From the NCBI GenBank assembly GCA_021802985.1, contig JAJZQW010000002.1, positions 4,082 through 68,081 on the forward strand: DNA of 64,000 nucleotides, read 5' to 3'. This DNA comes from Acidobacteriota bacterium (GTDB taxonomy: Bacteria > Acidobacteriota > Holophagae > Holophagales > Holophagaceae). This document shows, piece by piece, positions 47,111-57,143 of this stretch (its first letter is position 1; each line of letters opens with the position of its first letter). The position numbers and the translations under genes were made by a program. A model generated the notes under the pieces. The model was not told where the DNA came from. It saw nothing but the letters and a program-made list of their open reading frames with translations, and did no database searches.

Positions 47111-47575
47111 TCAGACGAAACGCCAGTCCTGGATGGCGCTGACCCGCCGCAGCACGTCGGCCACCAGTTCCGGTGCGGCGGTGCCCCAGGTGCGGACCCG
47201 CGCCACGTTTCCGCCGGGCAGGTGAACCACATGCACCGACGCCCCGCCCCGGAAGGCCGGGTGGCGGGCCAAGGGCCGGGCCAGGGCCTCCAGATCCAGC
47301 GCCCCGATCCACCCTGGGGGCAGCGGCGCCGTGCGGGCCCCGGGCACCAGCGCCCCCACCTCCCGGGCCTGGAGCAGCACCAGGTGGGGATGCCCATCGA
47401 GGGTCCCCCGCCAGCTCACAAAGGGCGGCAGCTCCCCGAAGCCGATGCCGCCCTTGCGGGCTTCCGGCCAGGCCCGCAGCGAGGCCACACCGGCCTCGTC
47501 CGCCGCCTCCATGGCCAGGCGGGCCAGGTCCGGCTCGGCGGGCGGCACCCAGGGCTGGAGATCCGTGACAGGCAT
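47111..47575 (-). CDS. hypothetical protein with a DapF-like C-terminal segment
   Basis: Start MPVTDLQ; PHLV...DL...A..LA.HPAF.GG.SVHVV.....RVRTW resembles the epimerase fold, with no Cys. Confidence 0.55.
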   Translation of the reverse strand: MPVTDLQPWVPPAEPDLARLAMEAADEAGVASLRAWPEARKGGIGFGELPPFVSWRGTLDGHPHLVLLQAREVGALVPGARTAPLPPGWIGALDLEALARPLARHPAFRGGASVHVVHLPGGNVARVRTWGTAAPELVADVLRRVSAIQDWRFV

Positions 47576-47614
47576 GGGGTCGAGGATCGCACAGAGTCCG
47601 GGTAGGCTGAGCCC

Positions 47615-48820
47615 ATGGCCATGGATGGACACGGACCCAGCAAGGCGGGCGCGCCGAGGCCCGTGGTGGCCACCGGCCAGCAGATCGGCGCGGGCTGGAG
47701 CCCGGCCCTTTCGGTGGCGAAGGCCCTGGCCGCCCTGGCCGAGGCCCGCCGCACCGGCGCCGAGGCGGTCTACTGGCTGGCGGATGAGGACCACGACCGC
47801 ACCGAGGTCGCCGCTGTCGTGGGTTGGAGGGAGGGCCGGATGGTCCGCCACCGCTTCCACTTCCAGGCTCCCGAAGGCACCGCCACGGGCTGGCTGCCCT
47901 GGACCGAGCGGCACCAGATCGAAGCAGAGACCCTCTGGGGCCCCTGCCCGGCCCCCTCCGAGCCCACCCTGCGGGGCCACGCCCTGGCCCTGGGTGCGCC
48001 CCTCTGGCAGCGCGGCCTGCGGCCCTTCTCCCCCACGGATCCGGCGGTCCGGAACCCCATCCAGCCGGTGCTCGAAGGCTGGCGTGCCCTGGATCTCGAA
48101 GGCCTGCTGGTGCGCCAGGCCGACCGCCTGGCGGCCGAAGGCGCCCCCCTGCCCCTGGATCCGAGGACCCAGGCCGCCTGGTTCGCCCTGGATCCGATCT
48201 CGGGGCTGCGGCGGCGGCTGGATCGCGGCCAGCCCCTGCCCGGGGGCCACTGGTTGAGTCCTGGCGCGGCGCTCCGTCCCCTCATGCAGTCGCTCCTGCT
48301 GCCGGTGGAAGCCGTGGTGCTGGGCCCCTCCGAGCGGGCCTACTGGCGCCTCTGCGAACCGCTTTGGGACCGCGTGGGGCTTGCCGCCCCCAGGATCCTG
48401 GCCCGCCCCAGCGTCTTCGTGGCGCCCCGGGGCCTCCACCTTGATTCGGCGACCCTGCCCCTCCTCCAATCGGGAGACTGGTCGGGGATCGCCGCGTGGC
48501 GGGGCACCACCGCCACCTCCGCCCTGGGCCTGCCCACCGCGGACGCGACTTGGCCAGAGGCCATCCGCTCCCGGTTTGCCGCAGAAGTGGCACGGACCCG
48601 CGCCCGCCTGGATCGCCTGGATCGCCGGCTCCATCGCGAGGCCGCGGCGGCCGCGCTCGGCGGCGACCCCGAGCGGCTGCGGCAGAGCCTCTTCCCCTTC
48701 GGACGCCCGCAGGAACGCGTCATTCCAGGCCTGGCCTGGCTGCGGGACGAAGCGTTGCTGGACCGCATCCTGGACCGCATGGATGGACACACGGACCGGA
48801 TCCTCCTGGAGGCCCCATGA
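47615..48820 (+). CDS. bshC: bacillithiol biosynthesis cysteine-adding enzyme BshC-like (short form)
   Basis: VVATGQQ, YWLADEDHD..EV, SP.AALRPLMQ..LLP, GPSERAYW, PQERV. Confidence 0.85.
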   Translation: MAMDGHGPSKAGAPRPVVATGQQIGAGWSPALSVAKALAALAEARRTGAEAVYWLADEDHDRTEVAAVVGWREGRMVRHRFHFQAPEGTATGWLPWTERHQIEAETLWGPCPAPSEPTLRGHALALGAPLWQRGLRPFSPTDPAVRNPIQPVLEGWRALDLEGLLVRQADRLAAEGAPLPLDPRTQAAWFALDPISGLRRRLDRGQPLPGGHWLSPGAALRPLMQSLLLPVEAVVLGPSERAYWRLCEPLWDRVGLAAPRILARPSVFVAPRGLHLDSATLPLLQSGDWSGIAAWRGTTATSALGLPTADATWPEAIRSRFAAEVARTRARLDRLDRRLHREAAAAALGGDPERLRQSLFPFGRPQERVIPGLAWLRDEALLDRILDRMDGHTDRILLEAP

Positions 48821-49533
48821 GCCATGAACTCGACCTGCTGGTGCTCGGCGCCCACCCGGACGACGCCGAGGTCCACGTGGGCGGCCTGCTCGCCCTCGCG
48901 TCGGATCACGGCCTCCGGGCCGCCATCCTGGATCTGACCCGCGGCGAGCTGGGCACCCGGGGCACATCCGAGATGCGCCGCACCGAGGCCCAGGAGGCTG
49001 CGCGCATCCTCGGCGTGCAGCGGCTGGTGCTGGACCTCCCGGATGGCCGGTTCACGGAGGATGAGACCTTCCGGGTCCGCCTCATGACTGAGTTCCGGCG
49101 CCTGCGCCCGAAGGTGCTCGTTCTGCCGGCCCCCGAGGATCGCCATCCGGACCATCGCCGGGCCCACCGACTGGGCCGCGAGGCCGCCTACTACGCCGGG
49201 TTGCGGAACTATCCGTGCCCAGGCGAGCCCTGGCGCCCCGAGGCCATGGCCTGGGTGGGCGGCGAGCAGCCGGATCAGCCGGATCTCCTGGTGGACGTGA
49301 GCGCCGTGTGGGAGCGCCGCATGGCCGCCTTCGACGCCTTCGGCAGCCAGTTCGACCAGGATCCCAGTCAGCCGCCCACCCGCATCGCCCACCCCGCCTT
49401 CCGCCGCGGCGTCCTCGGCCGCGCCATGCACTGGGGCTCCCTCCGCATGTGCGACTGGGCCGAGGCCCTCTGGTGCGAGAAACCCGTGCCCCCGGCCCTG
49501 CTGCGGCTGGTGACGACCCTGGAAGGTCGCTAG
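48817..49533 (+). CDS. bshB1: bacillithiol biosynthesis deacetylase (PIG-L family)
   Basis: GAHPDDAE, DLTRGELGTRGT...R..EA, DRHPDH; ATGA-coupled to bshC. Confidence 0.85.
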   Translation: MSHELDLLVLGAHPDDAEVHVGGLLALASDHGLRAAILDLTRGELGTRGTSEMRRTEAQEAARILGVQRLVLDLPDGRFTEDETFRVRLMTEFRRLRPKVLVLPAPEDRHPDHRRAHRLGREAAYYAGLRNYPCPGEPWRPEAMAWVGGEQPDQPDLLVDVSAVWERRMAAFDAFGSQFDQDPSQPPTRIAHPAFRRGVLGRAMHWGSLRMCDWAEALWCEKPVPPALLRLVTTLEGR

Positions 49534-49534
49534 C

Positions 49535-50512
49535 TTGCAGCGCTTCGAAACCGACCTGCTCGGGCAGATCCAGCGCCGGGGGGATGGCGTGACCGGCCGG
49601 GTGCTGGTGGCCTGCTCTGGCGGGGGCGACTCCGTGGCGCTGCTGCTGCTGCTCTGGACCCTGCGGAAGAGCCTGGGACTGGAGTTGACCGTGGCCCATG
49701 TGGACCACGGCCTGCGCCCCGAATCAGAGGCGGATGCTGAGTTCGTGCGTCAGCTCTGCCGCAGCCTGGATCTCGACCTGGCCGAAGCCAGCCTCGGGGT
49801 GAAAGCCCACGCGGCGGACCGCGGGATTGGCCTGGAGATGGCGGCCCGGGAGCTGCGCTGGGATTGGCTCCGCCAGGAGGCCGCGGGGACGGGTGCCACG
49901 GCCGTGGCCACGGGGCACACCCTCGACGACCACACGGAGACGGTGCTCATCCGCCTCGCCCGCGGCGGCGGGCTGGGCAGCCTCCGGCCCCTGGCGCCCC
50001 GGCAGGACCTCCGGTGGTCGCCCCTGGTGGAGTGCCGCCGCGCCGCGCTCCGGGACTACCTCCGGGCCCGGGACGTGCCCTGGCGCGAGGATCCCACGAA
50101 CGAGGATCCCTTCACTACCCGCAACCGCTGGCGCCGCCTGCTCGAGGCGATCCGCAGTGAGGCCCCCGAGCTGGACCGGCACCTCTTCGAGACCCACCGG
50201 CAGGCCGAGGAGGCCCAGGCCCTCGCCCAGCGGCTGGTGGCCTCCTGGGAAGGGACCCGCTGGTCCATCGGCGATGGCGAGGTGATCTTCTCGGTGGAAT
50301 CCTGGACAGAACCGGAGCTCCGCTGGGTCCTGGAAGCCGCCTTCCGCGCGCTCGGCCGCCCCGTAGAGGCCGCCCTCCTGCGCGGACTCGCGCCCTGGCT
50401 CGCGGACCGGGCCAGGACGACGCGCCGGCCCGCATCCTGGGGGAACTTCGTCCTGCACCCCGAACCTGGGGGCCGGTACCTGCATCTAAGGCAAAGCCCC
50501 CCGCCTTCCTGA
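49535..50512 (+). CDS. tilS: tRNA(Ile)-lysidine synthetase
   Basis: SGGGDS, HVDHGLR, E.AARELR, ATGH..DD..ET, D.TN...RN. Confidence 0.93.
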   Translation: MQRFETDLLGQIQRRGDGVTGRVLVACSGGGDSVALLLLLWTLRKSLGLELTVAHVDHGLRPESEADAEFVRQLCRSLDLDLAEASLGVKAHAADRGIGLEMAARELRWDWLRQEAAGTGATAVATGHTLDDHTETVLIRLARGGGLGSLRPLAPRQDLRWSPLVECRRAALRDYLRARDVPWREDPTNEDPFTTRNRWRRLLEAIRSEAPELDRHLFETHRQAEEAQALAQRLVASWEGTRWSIGDGEVIFSVESWTEPELRWVLEAAFRALGRPVEAALLRGLAPWLADRARTTRRPASWGNFVLHPEPGGRYLHLRQSPPPS

Positions 50513-50560
50513 GCCGGGTACACTGGATGGGCACAGGGGCACGGCCCCAAGGAGTGACAT

Positions 50561-52489
50561 TTGAATTCCATGATGAAGAGCGTGCTGGTCTGGCTGGGCA
50601 TCATCGCCCTGCTCGTGCTGGCCTTCCGCCAGATCCCCCAGAACAGCCGCCAGGTTGAAATCCCGTTTTCCACCTTCTACACCGAGGGCACGGCTGGGAA
50701 ATACAAGACCGTGACCCTGTCAGGCGTTGACCTCGAAGGCACCTACCGCGAACCTCAGAAGAACCCCAAGACCGGCGAACCCATCGAACGCTTCAAGACC
50801 ATCGCCCCCCCCATGCAGGATCTGGGCAAGGTGATCCTCAGCTGGAAGACCGAGGGCCAGCTCGACGAGTTCAAGGCCGCCAAGCCCAGCGAGAACAACT
50901 TCGCCTACGTGCTCATGTTCTGGGCGCCCCTCCTCGTGTTCGTGGTGCTGTGGTTCGTGTTCATGCGCCAGGCCCAGATGGGCGGCAACAAGGCCCTCAG
51001 CTTCGGCAAGGCCCGGGCCAAGGGGCTCTCCACCACCCAGAAGCGCATCACGTTCGCGGATGTCGCGGGGTGTGACGAGGCCAAGGATGAGTTGAAGGAG
51101 ATCGTGGACTTCCTGAAGGAACCCGCCAAGTTCGTGAAGCTCGGCGGCAAGATCCCCAAGGGCGTCCTGCTGGTGGGCCCTCCCGGCACCGGCAAGACCC
51201 TGCTGGCCAGGGCCATCGCCGGCGAAGCCAAGGTGCAGTTCTACTCCATCTCCGGCTCCGACTTCGTGGAGATGTTCGTCGGCGTGGGCGCCAGCCGGGT
51301 TCGCGACCTCTTCGAACAGGGCAAGAAGAACGCGCCCTGCATCATCTTCATCGATGAGATCGATGCCGTGGGCCGCCATCGCGGCGCCGGCCTGGGTGGG
51401 GGCCACGACGAGCGCGAGCAGACCCTGAACCAGCTCCTCGTCGAAATGGACGGTTTCGAGGGCAACGAGGGGGTCATCCTCATCGCCGCCACCAACCGGC
51501 CCGATGTGCTGGATCCCGCCCTGCTGCGGCCCGGCCGCTTCGACCGCCGCGTGGTGGTGGACCGCCCGGACGTGAAGGGCCGCTTCGAGATCCTCAAGGT
51601 CCACACCGCCGACAAGATCCCCCTCAGCCCCGACGTGGATCTGGAAGTGATCGCCCGGGGCACGCCAGGCTTCGCGGGCGCCGATCTGGCGAACCTCTGC
51701 AACGAAGCCGCCCTCTACGCCGCCCGCACCAACAAGAAATGGGTGGAGATGATCGACTTCGAGCAGGCCAAGGACAAGGTCTACATGGGCTCCGAGCGGC
51801 GCTCCATGGTCATGACCGAGGCGGACAAGAAGGTCATCGCCTACCACGAGGCCGGCCACACCGTCGTCGCGGCGTCTATGCCCGGCACGGATCCGGTCCA
51901 CAAGGTGACCATCATCCCCCGGGGCCGCGCCCTGGGCGTCACCTGGCAGCTGCCCGAAAAGGATCGCTACAACCACACCAAGGAATACATGGAAGGCGAG
52001 ATCGCCATCCTCATGGGTGGGCGCATCGCGGAGGAACTCTTCCTCAAGCAGCACTCCACCGGCGCCAGCAATGACATCGAGCGGGCCACCGGCATGGCGC
52101 GCGCCATGGTCACCGAGTACGGCATGAGCGAGAAGCTGGGCCCCCTCAGCTTTGGCGGCGGCCAGCACGAGATCTTCCTGGGCCGGGACTTCAGCCAGCG
52201 CCGGGACTTCTCCGAGGATACTGCTCGGGTCATCGATGCCGAGGTTCACGACATCGTGCTGCACAACTACCAGCGGGCCAAGAGCCTGATCACCGAGCAC
52301 CGCGAGGCCCTGGCGGCCATCGCCGAGGCCCTGCTGGTGCGCGAGACGCTCGATGGCAACGATGTCGAGATCCTCATGAAGGGTGGCACCCTGCCTCCCC
52401 CCAAGCCCGGCAACAGCGCCAGCACCCCCGCCGCCAGCGAAGGGCCCCAGACTGAACCCGGCCTGAATCCGGCCCTCAAGCCGGCCTAG
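50561..52489 (+). CDS. ftsH: ATP-dependent zinc metalloprotease
   Basis: Two TMs, [17 protein letters not shown] motif, HEAGH. Confidence 0.98.
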   Translation: MNSMMKSVLVWLGIIALLVLAFRQIPQNSRQVEIPFSTFYTEGTAGKYKTVTLSGVDLEGTYREPQKNPKTGEPIERFKTIAPPMQDLGKVILSWKTEGQLDEFKAAKPSENNFAYVLMFWAPLLVFVVLWFVFMRQAQMGGNKALSFGKARAKGLSTTQKRITFADVAGCDEAKDELKEIVDFLKEPAKFVKLGGKIPKGVLLVGPPGTGKTLLARAIAGEAKVQFYSISGSDFVEMFVGVGASRVRDLFEQGKKNAPCIIFIDEIDAVGRHRGAGLGGGHDEREQTLNQLLVEMDGFEGNEGVILIAATNRPDVLDPALLRPGRFDRRVVVDRPDVKGRFEILKVHTADKIPLSPDVDLEVIARGTPGFAGADLANLCNEAALYAARTNKKWVEMIDFEQAKDKVYMGSERRSMVMTEADKKVIAYHEAGHTVVAASMPGTDPVHKVTIIPRGRALGVTWQLPEKDRYNHTKEYMEGEIAILMGGRIAEELFLKQHSTGASNDIERATGMARAMVTEYGMSEKLGPLSFGGGQHEIFLGRDFSQRRDFSEDTARVIDAEVHDIVLHNYQRAKSLITEHREALAAIAEALLVRETLDGNDVEILMKGGTLPPPKPGNSASTPAASEGPQTEPGLNPALKPA

Positions 52490-52492
52490 CTT

Positions 52493-53305
52493 ATGACGAA
52501 GTTCGACTGGGGGCCGCGCCTGCAGGGCGGCCCCCTTTTCGTGGGCATCCTCAACCTAACCCCGGATTCCTTCAGCGACGGGGGCCGCTTCCTCGAGCCC
52601 GCGGCCGCCCTCGCCCAGGCCCGGCACCTGGCGGCTGCCGGCGCCCGCATGCTGGACCTGGGCGCCGAGAGCACCCGGCCGGGGGCGGAACCCCTGGCGG
52701 CCGGGGCGGAATGGGACCGTCTGGCGCCCGTCATCGACCTGCTCCGCCGGGAGCTGCCCGCGGTGCCCCTCAGCGTAGACACCCGCCATGCCACCGTGGC
52801 GGAACGGGCCCTCGGGGCCGGCGTTGCGGTCCTCAACGATGTCACCGGCTTCTCCGCTCCCGCCATGCTCGCCCTCGCGCAGGGGCGGGACTGCGGGCTC
52901 ATCGCCATGCGAAGCCGCCCGGCGGGGGACGGCTTCCTGATGCCCCCTTACGACGGCGCGGGCGAAACCAACGCGGATCGCGCCGTGGCAGAGCTGGCCT
53001 GGGTCCGGGACCGCCTGCTCGCTGCGGGGATCGCCCCTGGCCGCGTCCTGCTGGACCCCGGGTTCGGCTTTGGCACCACCTTCACAGAGGATCTGGCCCT
53101 CTGGCAGGCCCTCCCGGACCTTCCGGGCCGCCTGGGCTGGCCCGTGGACCGATTCTGCATTGGCATCTCCCGCAAGCGGTTCCTGGCCTGGCGGGCGGGA
53201 CAACCCGCCCTGGCCCCTTCGGGACGCGATGGCCTCACCGCCGCGGCCCACGCCGAGGCGGCGGCCTGGGGCTACGGGGTCTTCAGGACGCATGCCATCG
53301 GGTAA
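52493..53305 (+). CDS. folP: dihydropteroate synthase
   Basis: GILNLTPDSFSDGG, GAESTRPG, SVDT, NDV, DPGFGF, SRKRF, R.H. Confidence 0.95.
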   Translation: MTKFDWGPRLQGGPLFVGILNLTPDSFSDGGRFLEPAAALAQARHLAAAGARMLDLGAESTRPGAEPLAAGAEWDRLAPVIDLLRRELPAVPLSVDTRHATVAERALGAGVAVLNDVTGFSAPAMLALAQGRDCGLIAMRSRPAGDGFLMPPYDGAGETNADRAVAELAWVRDRLLAAGIAPGRVLLDPGFGFGTTFTEDLALWQALPDLPGRLGWPVDRFCIGISRKRFLAWRAGQPALAPSGRDGLTAAAHAEAAAWGYGVFRTHAIG

Positions 53306-53314
53306 TCTGGCTGA

Positions 53315-54634
53315 ATGAGCCTTCACTACTTCGGCACCGACGGCATCCGGGGCGTGGCACTGCAGCCGCCCCTCACCCTTGAAGAAACGACTTGCTGGGG
53401 CGCCGCCTGGGCTCAGGTGGCCCGGGCCAACGGCGTTCGGCGCCTGGTGGTGGGCTGGGATCCCAGGACCAGCTCCGGCCCCCTGGCCGAGGCCTTCGTC
53501 CTGGGCGTGGGCCTGGGCCTGAAGGTGTCCCTGTTGGGCATGGCGCCCACCCCAGCCGTGGCCTGGACGGTAGCCCGCCTCAGCGCGGAGGGCCAGAAGA
53601 CCTGGGGCCTGATGATCTCCGCCAGCCACAACCCCCCCGAGGACAACGGCCTGAAGGGGTTCAATGAGCTGGGCGAGAAGCTGGAGGAGGACCAGGAGCA
53701 CGCCATCGAGGCCGCTTTCGAGGCGACCTCCGAGCCCACCACGGTCTCCGCCCCGCCCGACCATCTGGACCTCGCGCCCTACCTGGCCCACCTCGGCGGC
53801 GTGGAGCTTCCGGCGGACTTCGGCCTCGTCATTGACTGCGCCCATGGGGCCACCGCCGAAGCCGCCCGCGAATTGTTCCGGGGCGGCCGGCTCCACTGGC
53901 TCGGGGTACCCGCCGATGGTCGGCGCATCAACGTGGGCGTCGGTTCCACCCACCTGGACGCCCTGAAGGCGGCCGTGGTTGCCCAGGGGGCCCACCTGGG
54001 CGTGGCCTTCGATGGGGACGGTGACCGCTGCCTGCTGGTGGATGCCACGGGCCGGGAGATCGACGGCGACCAGATGCTCTGGCTCCTGGTCCAGGACCGC
54101 CTGGCCTCCGGCGACGCGCCGCCCGGCGTGGTCGGCACCCTCATGTCCAACGGTGGCCTGGAACAGGCGCTGGGCGAGGCCAGCGTCCCCTTCGTCCGCA
54201 CGGCCGTCGGCGACAAACACCTTCTGCGCGAAATGGGAAAGCGGGGTTGGGATCTGGCGGCGGAAGCCTCGGGCCACGTCATCCAGAAGCGCGTGGGGCC
54301 CAGTGGCGACGGCCTGGCCACGGCCCTCGCGATTCTCCAGGCCCTCCTCCACCGCCCCGAAGCCACCCGCTGGAACTGGACCTTCCAGCCCTGGCCCCAG
54401 CGGCTGGTGAACGTGAAGGCCCATGCCCGCAAGGATCTCAAAGGCTGCACGGCGCTCGGCGAAGCCATGCGGGCCGTCGATGTCCGCTGGGGCCACGGCA
54501 TCCGCCAGGTCGTGCGCTGGTCCGGCACCGAACCCAAGCTCCGGCTCATGGTGGAGGCCCGCGAGGCGGCCTGGGTGGACCAGGCCCTCACCGAACTGGA
54601 AGCCGCGGCCCGCCGCGACCTGGACCTGGCCTGA
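53315..54634 (+). CDS. glmM: phosphoglucosamine mutase
   Basis: FGTDGIRG, ISASHNP..DNG.K, DGDGDR, VGD, E.SGH, RWSGTEP..R.MVE. Confidence 0.93.
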   Translation: MSLHYFGTDGIRGVALQPPLTLEETTCWGAAWAQVARANGVRRLVVGWDPRTSSGPLAEAFVLGVGLGLKVSLLGMAPTPAVAWTVARLSAEGQKTWGLMISASHNPPEDNGLKGFNELGEKLEEDQEHAIEAAFEATSEPTTVSAPPDHLDLAPYLAHLGGVELPADFGLVIDCAHGATAEAARELFRGGRLHWLGVPADGRRINVGVGSTHLDALKAAVVAQGAHLGVAFDGDGDRCLLVDATGREIDGDQMLWLLVQDRLASGDAPPGVVGTLMSNGGLEQALGEASVPFVRTAVGDKHLLREMGKRGWDLAAEASGHVIQKRVGPSGDGLATALAILQALLHRPEATRWNWTFQPWPQRLVNVKAHARKDLKGCTALGEAMRAVDVRWGHGIRQVVRWSGTEPKLRLMVEAREAAWVDQALTELEAAARRDLDLA

Positions 54635-54635
54635 C

Positions 54636-55754
54636 ATGGCACCCGACGTCCGCCGCCCCGTCGACCGCCTGCTGGTGCTCTTCGCACTGCTGCTGGTGGC
54701 GGTGGGCATGGTCTGGATCTATTCGGCCTCGGCCATCAAAGCCTCCCAGAACCACACGGCGGCCACGGTCTTCCTGACTCGGCAGATGGTGGGCGGCGGC
54801 ATCGGCCTCGGCCTCATGCTGGTCCTCTCGCAGGTGGATCTGGCGCCCCTCCAGGACCACACCCGGCCCCTGCAGGTCGCCTACCTCGTCATCGTCGGAC
54901 TGCTCATCGCCGTGCTCGTGTTCGGACCGAAGGTGAACGGGGCCCACCGCTGGCTCCGCCTCGGGCCCATGAGCCTGCAACCCTCGGAACTCTTCAAGCC
55001 GATCTCCGTCCTCATCGCAGCGGGCTGGATGGTCCGACACCGCGAGGCCTGGTCCACCCGGCAGGATTCCCTGCCCAAGCTGATGGGCCTCTTCGGCATC
55101 CTCGTGGTGCCCCTGGCGCTCGTCCTGAGGGAACCGGATTTCGGCACCACCTTCCTGATCGTCTTCGTGACATTGATGGTGGTGTTTCTCGGCGGTGCCC
55201 CCAAGTGGATCTTCGCCGTGGCCATCCCCATGCTGGGGGCCCTCGGCACAGCCTTCGTGGTGTTCTCCCCCTACCGGCTGGCCCGCATCACGAGCTTCCT
55301 CAACCCCGAGGCCGATCCCCTCGGCAAGGGGCACCAGGCCCTCCAGAGCCTCGTGGCCGTCGGGAACGGAGGGCTGCTGGGCGTGGGCCTGGGCGCAGGC
55401 AAGCAGAAGCTCTTCTACCTCCCCGAGGCCCATACGGATTTCATCTACGCCGTGATCGCCGAGGAGGCGGGCCTGATCGGAACGGTCCTCGTGCTGGCCC
55501 TGTTCATCGGCATCCTCTGGCGGGGCTACCGCATCGCCCGCCGGGTGGGGGACACCTACCTCAAGCTCTGCGCCATGGGGTTCGTGCTGCTGCTGGTGGC
55601 CCAGGCCCTCATGAACATGAGCGTGGTGCTCTCCCTGGCGCCGAACAAGGGCATCCCCCTGCCCTTCATCTCCTTCGGCCCGAACAGCCTCATCGCCAGC
55701 CTCGTCTGCCTGGGGCTGCTGCTCTCCATCAGCAAGGAAGCCGGATCAGCCTAG
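54636..55754 (+). CDS. ftsW: SEDS peptidoglycan polymerase (FtsW-like)
   Basis: YSAS, GAHRWL, QPSE..K, PDFGT, GLG..KQKLFYLPEAHTDFI, G..LPFIS; start MAPDV. Confidence 0.88.
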   Translation: MAPDVRRPVDRLLVLFALLLVAVGMVWIYSASAIKASQNHTAATVFLTRQMVGGGIGLGLMLVLSQVDLAPLQDHTRPLQVAYLVIVGLLIAVLVFGPKVNGAHRWLRLGPMSLQPSELFKPISVLIAAGWMVRHREAWSTRQDSLPKLMGLFGILVVPLALVLREPDFGTTFLIVFVTLMVVFLGGAPKWIFAVAIPMLGALGTAFVVFSPYRLARITSFLNPEADPLGKGHQALQSLVAVGNGGLLGVGLGAGKQKLFYLPEAHTDFIYAVIAEEAGLIGTVLVLALFIGILWRGYRIARRVGDTYLKLCAMGFVLLLVAQALMNMSVVLSLAPNKGIPLPFISFGPNSLIASLVCLGLLLSISKEAGSA

Positions 55755-56873
55755 CCGCAGCGGTTCATCATCCTCGTCGTCCACGAGGGTGATGTTCGAT
55801 CCGCCGGAGAGCAGCACGGCATCCTCGTAGAGGTTGCGGAGCTTGGGCGTGAAGCGTTCACCCTGGGCCAGCCGTGGATCCGGCTTCAGGGACAGGGATT
55901 CGCGCATGAGCCCGACGAGCGTGGCCGGATCCACCTCGAGCACCGCGCCCAGCAGCTTCAGGGGATTGGTGGCACCGAAGGCCTGCATGGGCGTGCGGAT
56001 CCGAAGCAGCGCCCCCTCCCAGGCCATGGCAGCCACCATGGGGCGCAGATCCACCCGCTTGTCCGCCTTCTGCCCGCCCACCTTGCCGGGCCGGTCCCAC
56101 ACGAAGGTCTCCGCGGCCAGGAACCGTTCCGTGTGGATGCGGGCGGAGGGCTGCAGCGCCTCGGGGCAAAGCCAGGACCATTCAGAGACTTCGGCGAGTT
56201 CGGCGAGGGGCGTCGCGTAGAGGGGCTGTTCGGACCAGCGGTGGATCCGGATCCCCTCCGGCAGCCGCCCGTTGATCCCCGCCAGCAGCGCCCCGGGATC
56301 GCGGTCCGGCGCCCGCCGGAGGACGGTCTCGGCCCACTCCTCCCGGCCGCCGACCCCGGCTGGCAGCGACGGACCCAGTTGCAGGATCGGCCTCGGATGG
56401 TGGCCCAGGTCCAGCGCCGGCAGCAGGCCCTCCAGGCGCAGCGCCCACAGGAAGATGCGCTGGAGATCCCCCGCGTCGAAATCCAGCGCGGGAGAGAGCT
56501 TGGCGTAGGCGAAGCGCACGGCCACGCGCCGGGCGTCGAGCTGCCAGCTCGCGGTGCGCCGAGTCTGGGCCTTCTCCGCCAGGGGACCGAGCCGCCTCGT
56601 GAGCGCGTCGAGCGGTGCGCCCGACGGCAGCGTGCGCCGTGTCTCGCGGAGGAGGGCCATCGCCTCCTCGATGAGCCCTTCCACCTCGAGGGCATCCGTC
56701 AAGGCCTCCCCGGCGACAGGATCACCCGCCGCCAGCGCCCCGCGGAAGGCCTGCAGCGGCGCGGGTTCCAGGCTCGGCGAGGCGCGCGCCATCTCCGCCA
56801 GCGCCGCCGCAAGCCGGGCCTCCCGTTCCAGGACGGCCGGTGGAATGGCGAAGGGGCGGGCGAGGCTGTTCAC
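55746..56873 (-). CDS. TIGR03936/DUF2344 radical-SAM-linked protein with N-terminal extension
   Basis: YAK.....DL.R.F..AL...GL, HPRP....P.LP.GV...EW, LPEGI, K.VDLRP; GTG start after GGAG. Confidence 0.75.
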   Translation of the reverse strand: MNSLARPFAIPPAVLEREARLAAALAEMARASPSLEPAPLQAFRGALAAGDPVAGEALTDALEVEGLIEEAMALLRETRRTLPSGAPLDALTRRLGPLAEKAQTRRTASWQLDARRVAVRFAYAKLSPALDFDAGDLQRIFLWALRLEGLLPALDLGHHPRPILQLGPSLPAGVGGREEWAETVLRRAPDRDPGALLAGINGRLPEGIRIHRWSEQPLYATPLAELAEVSEWSWLCPEALQPSARIHTERFLAAETFVWDRPGKVGGQKADKRVDLRPMVAAMAWEGALLRIRTPMQAFGATNPLKLLGAVLEVDPATLVGLMRESLSLKPDPRLAQGERFTPKLRNLYEDAVLLSGGSNITLVDDEDDEPLRLG

Positions 56874-57143
56874 CCTCCCAGGATAGTGAATAAATCGAGA
56901 AGCAGCGGAAGGACAAGCCGTCGTCCGGATCCGTTTTCCACATCCCCTGTGGGAAGCGCGGCGGAAACTTGGACAAAGGCCTTTCCCGCAAGACCCTTCC
57001 CGCCTTGCTGCGTTTTGGCAGCAGGCGGCGACGACATGAATCGTTGACAGATGTTCCGGGATCCGTTCTGTCGGCGAGGCGCGCAGCGCCCCCCAGAAGC
57101 CTTTGCGTTCCCCTGCGCCCCAGTCCAATCTGGATCCACTCGC

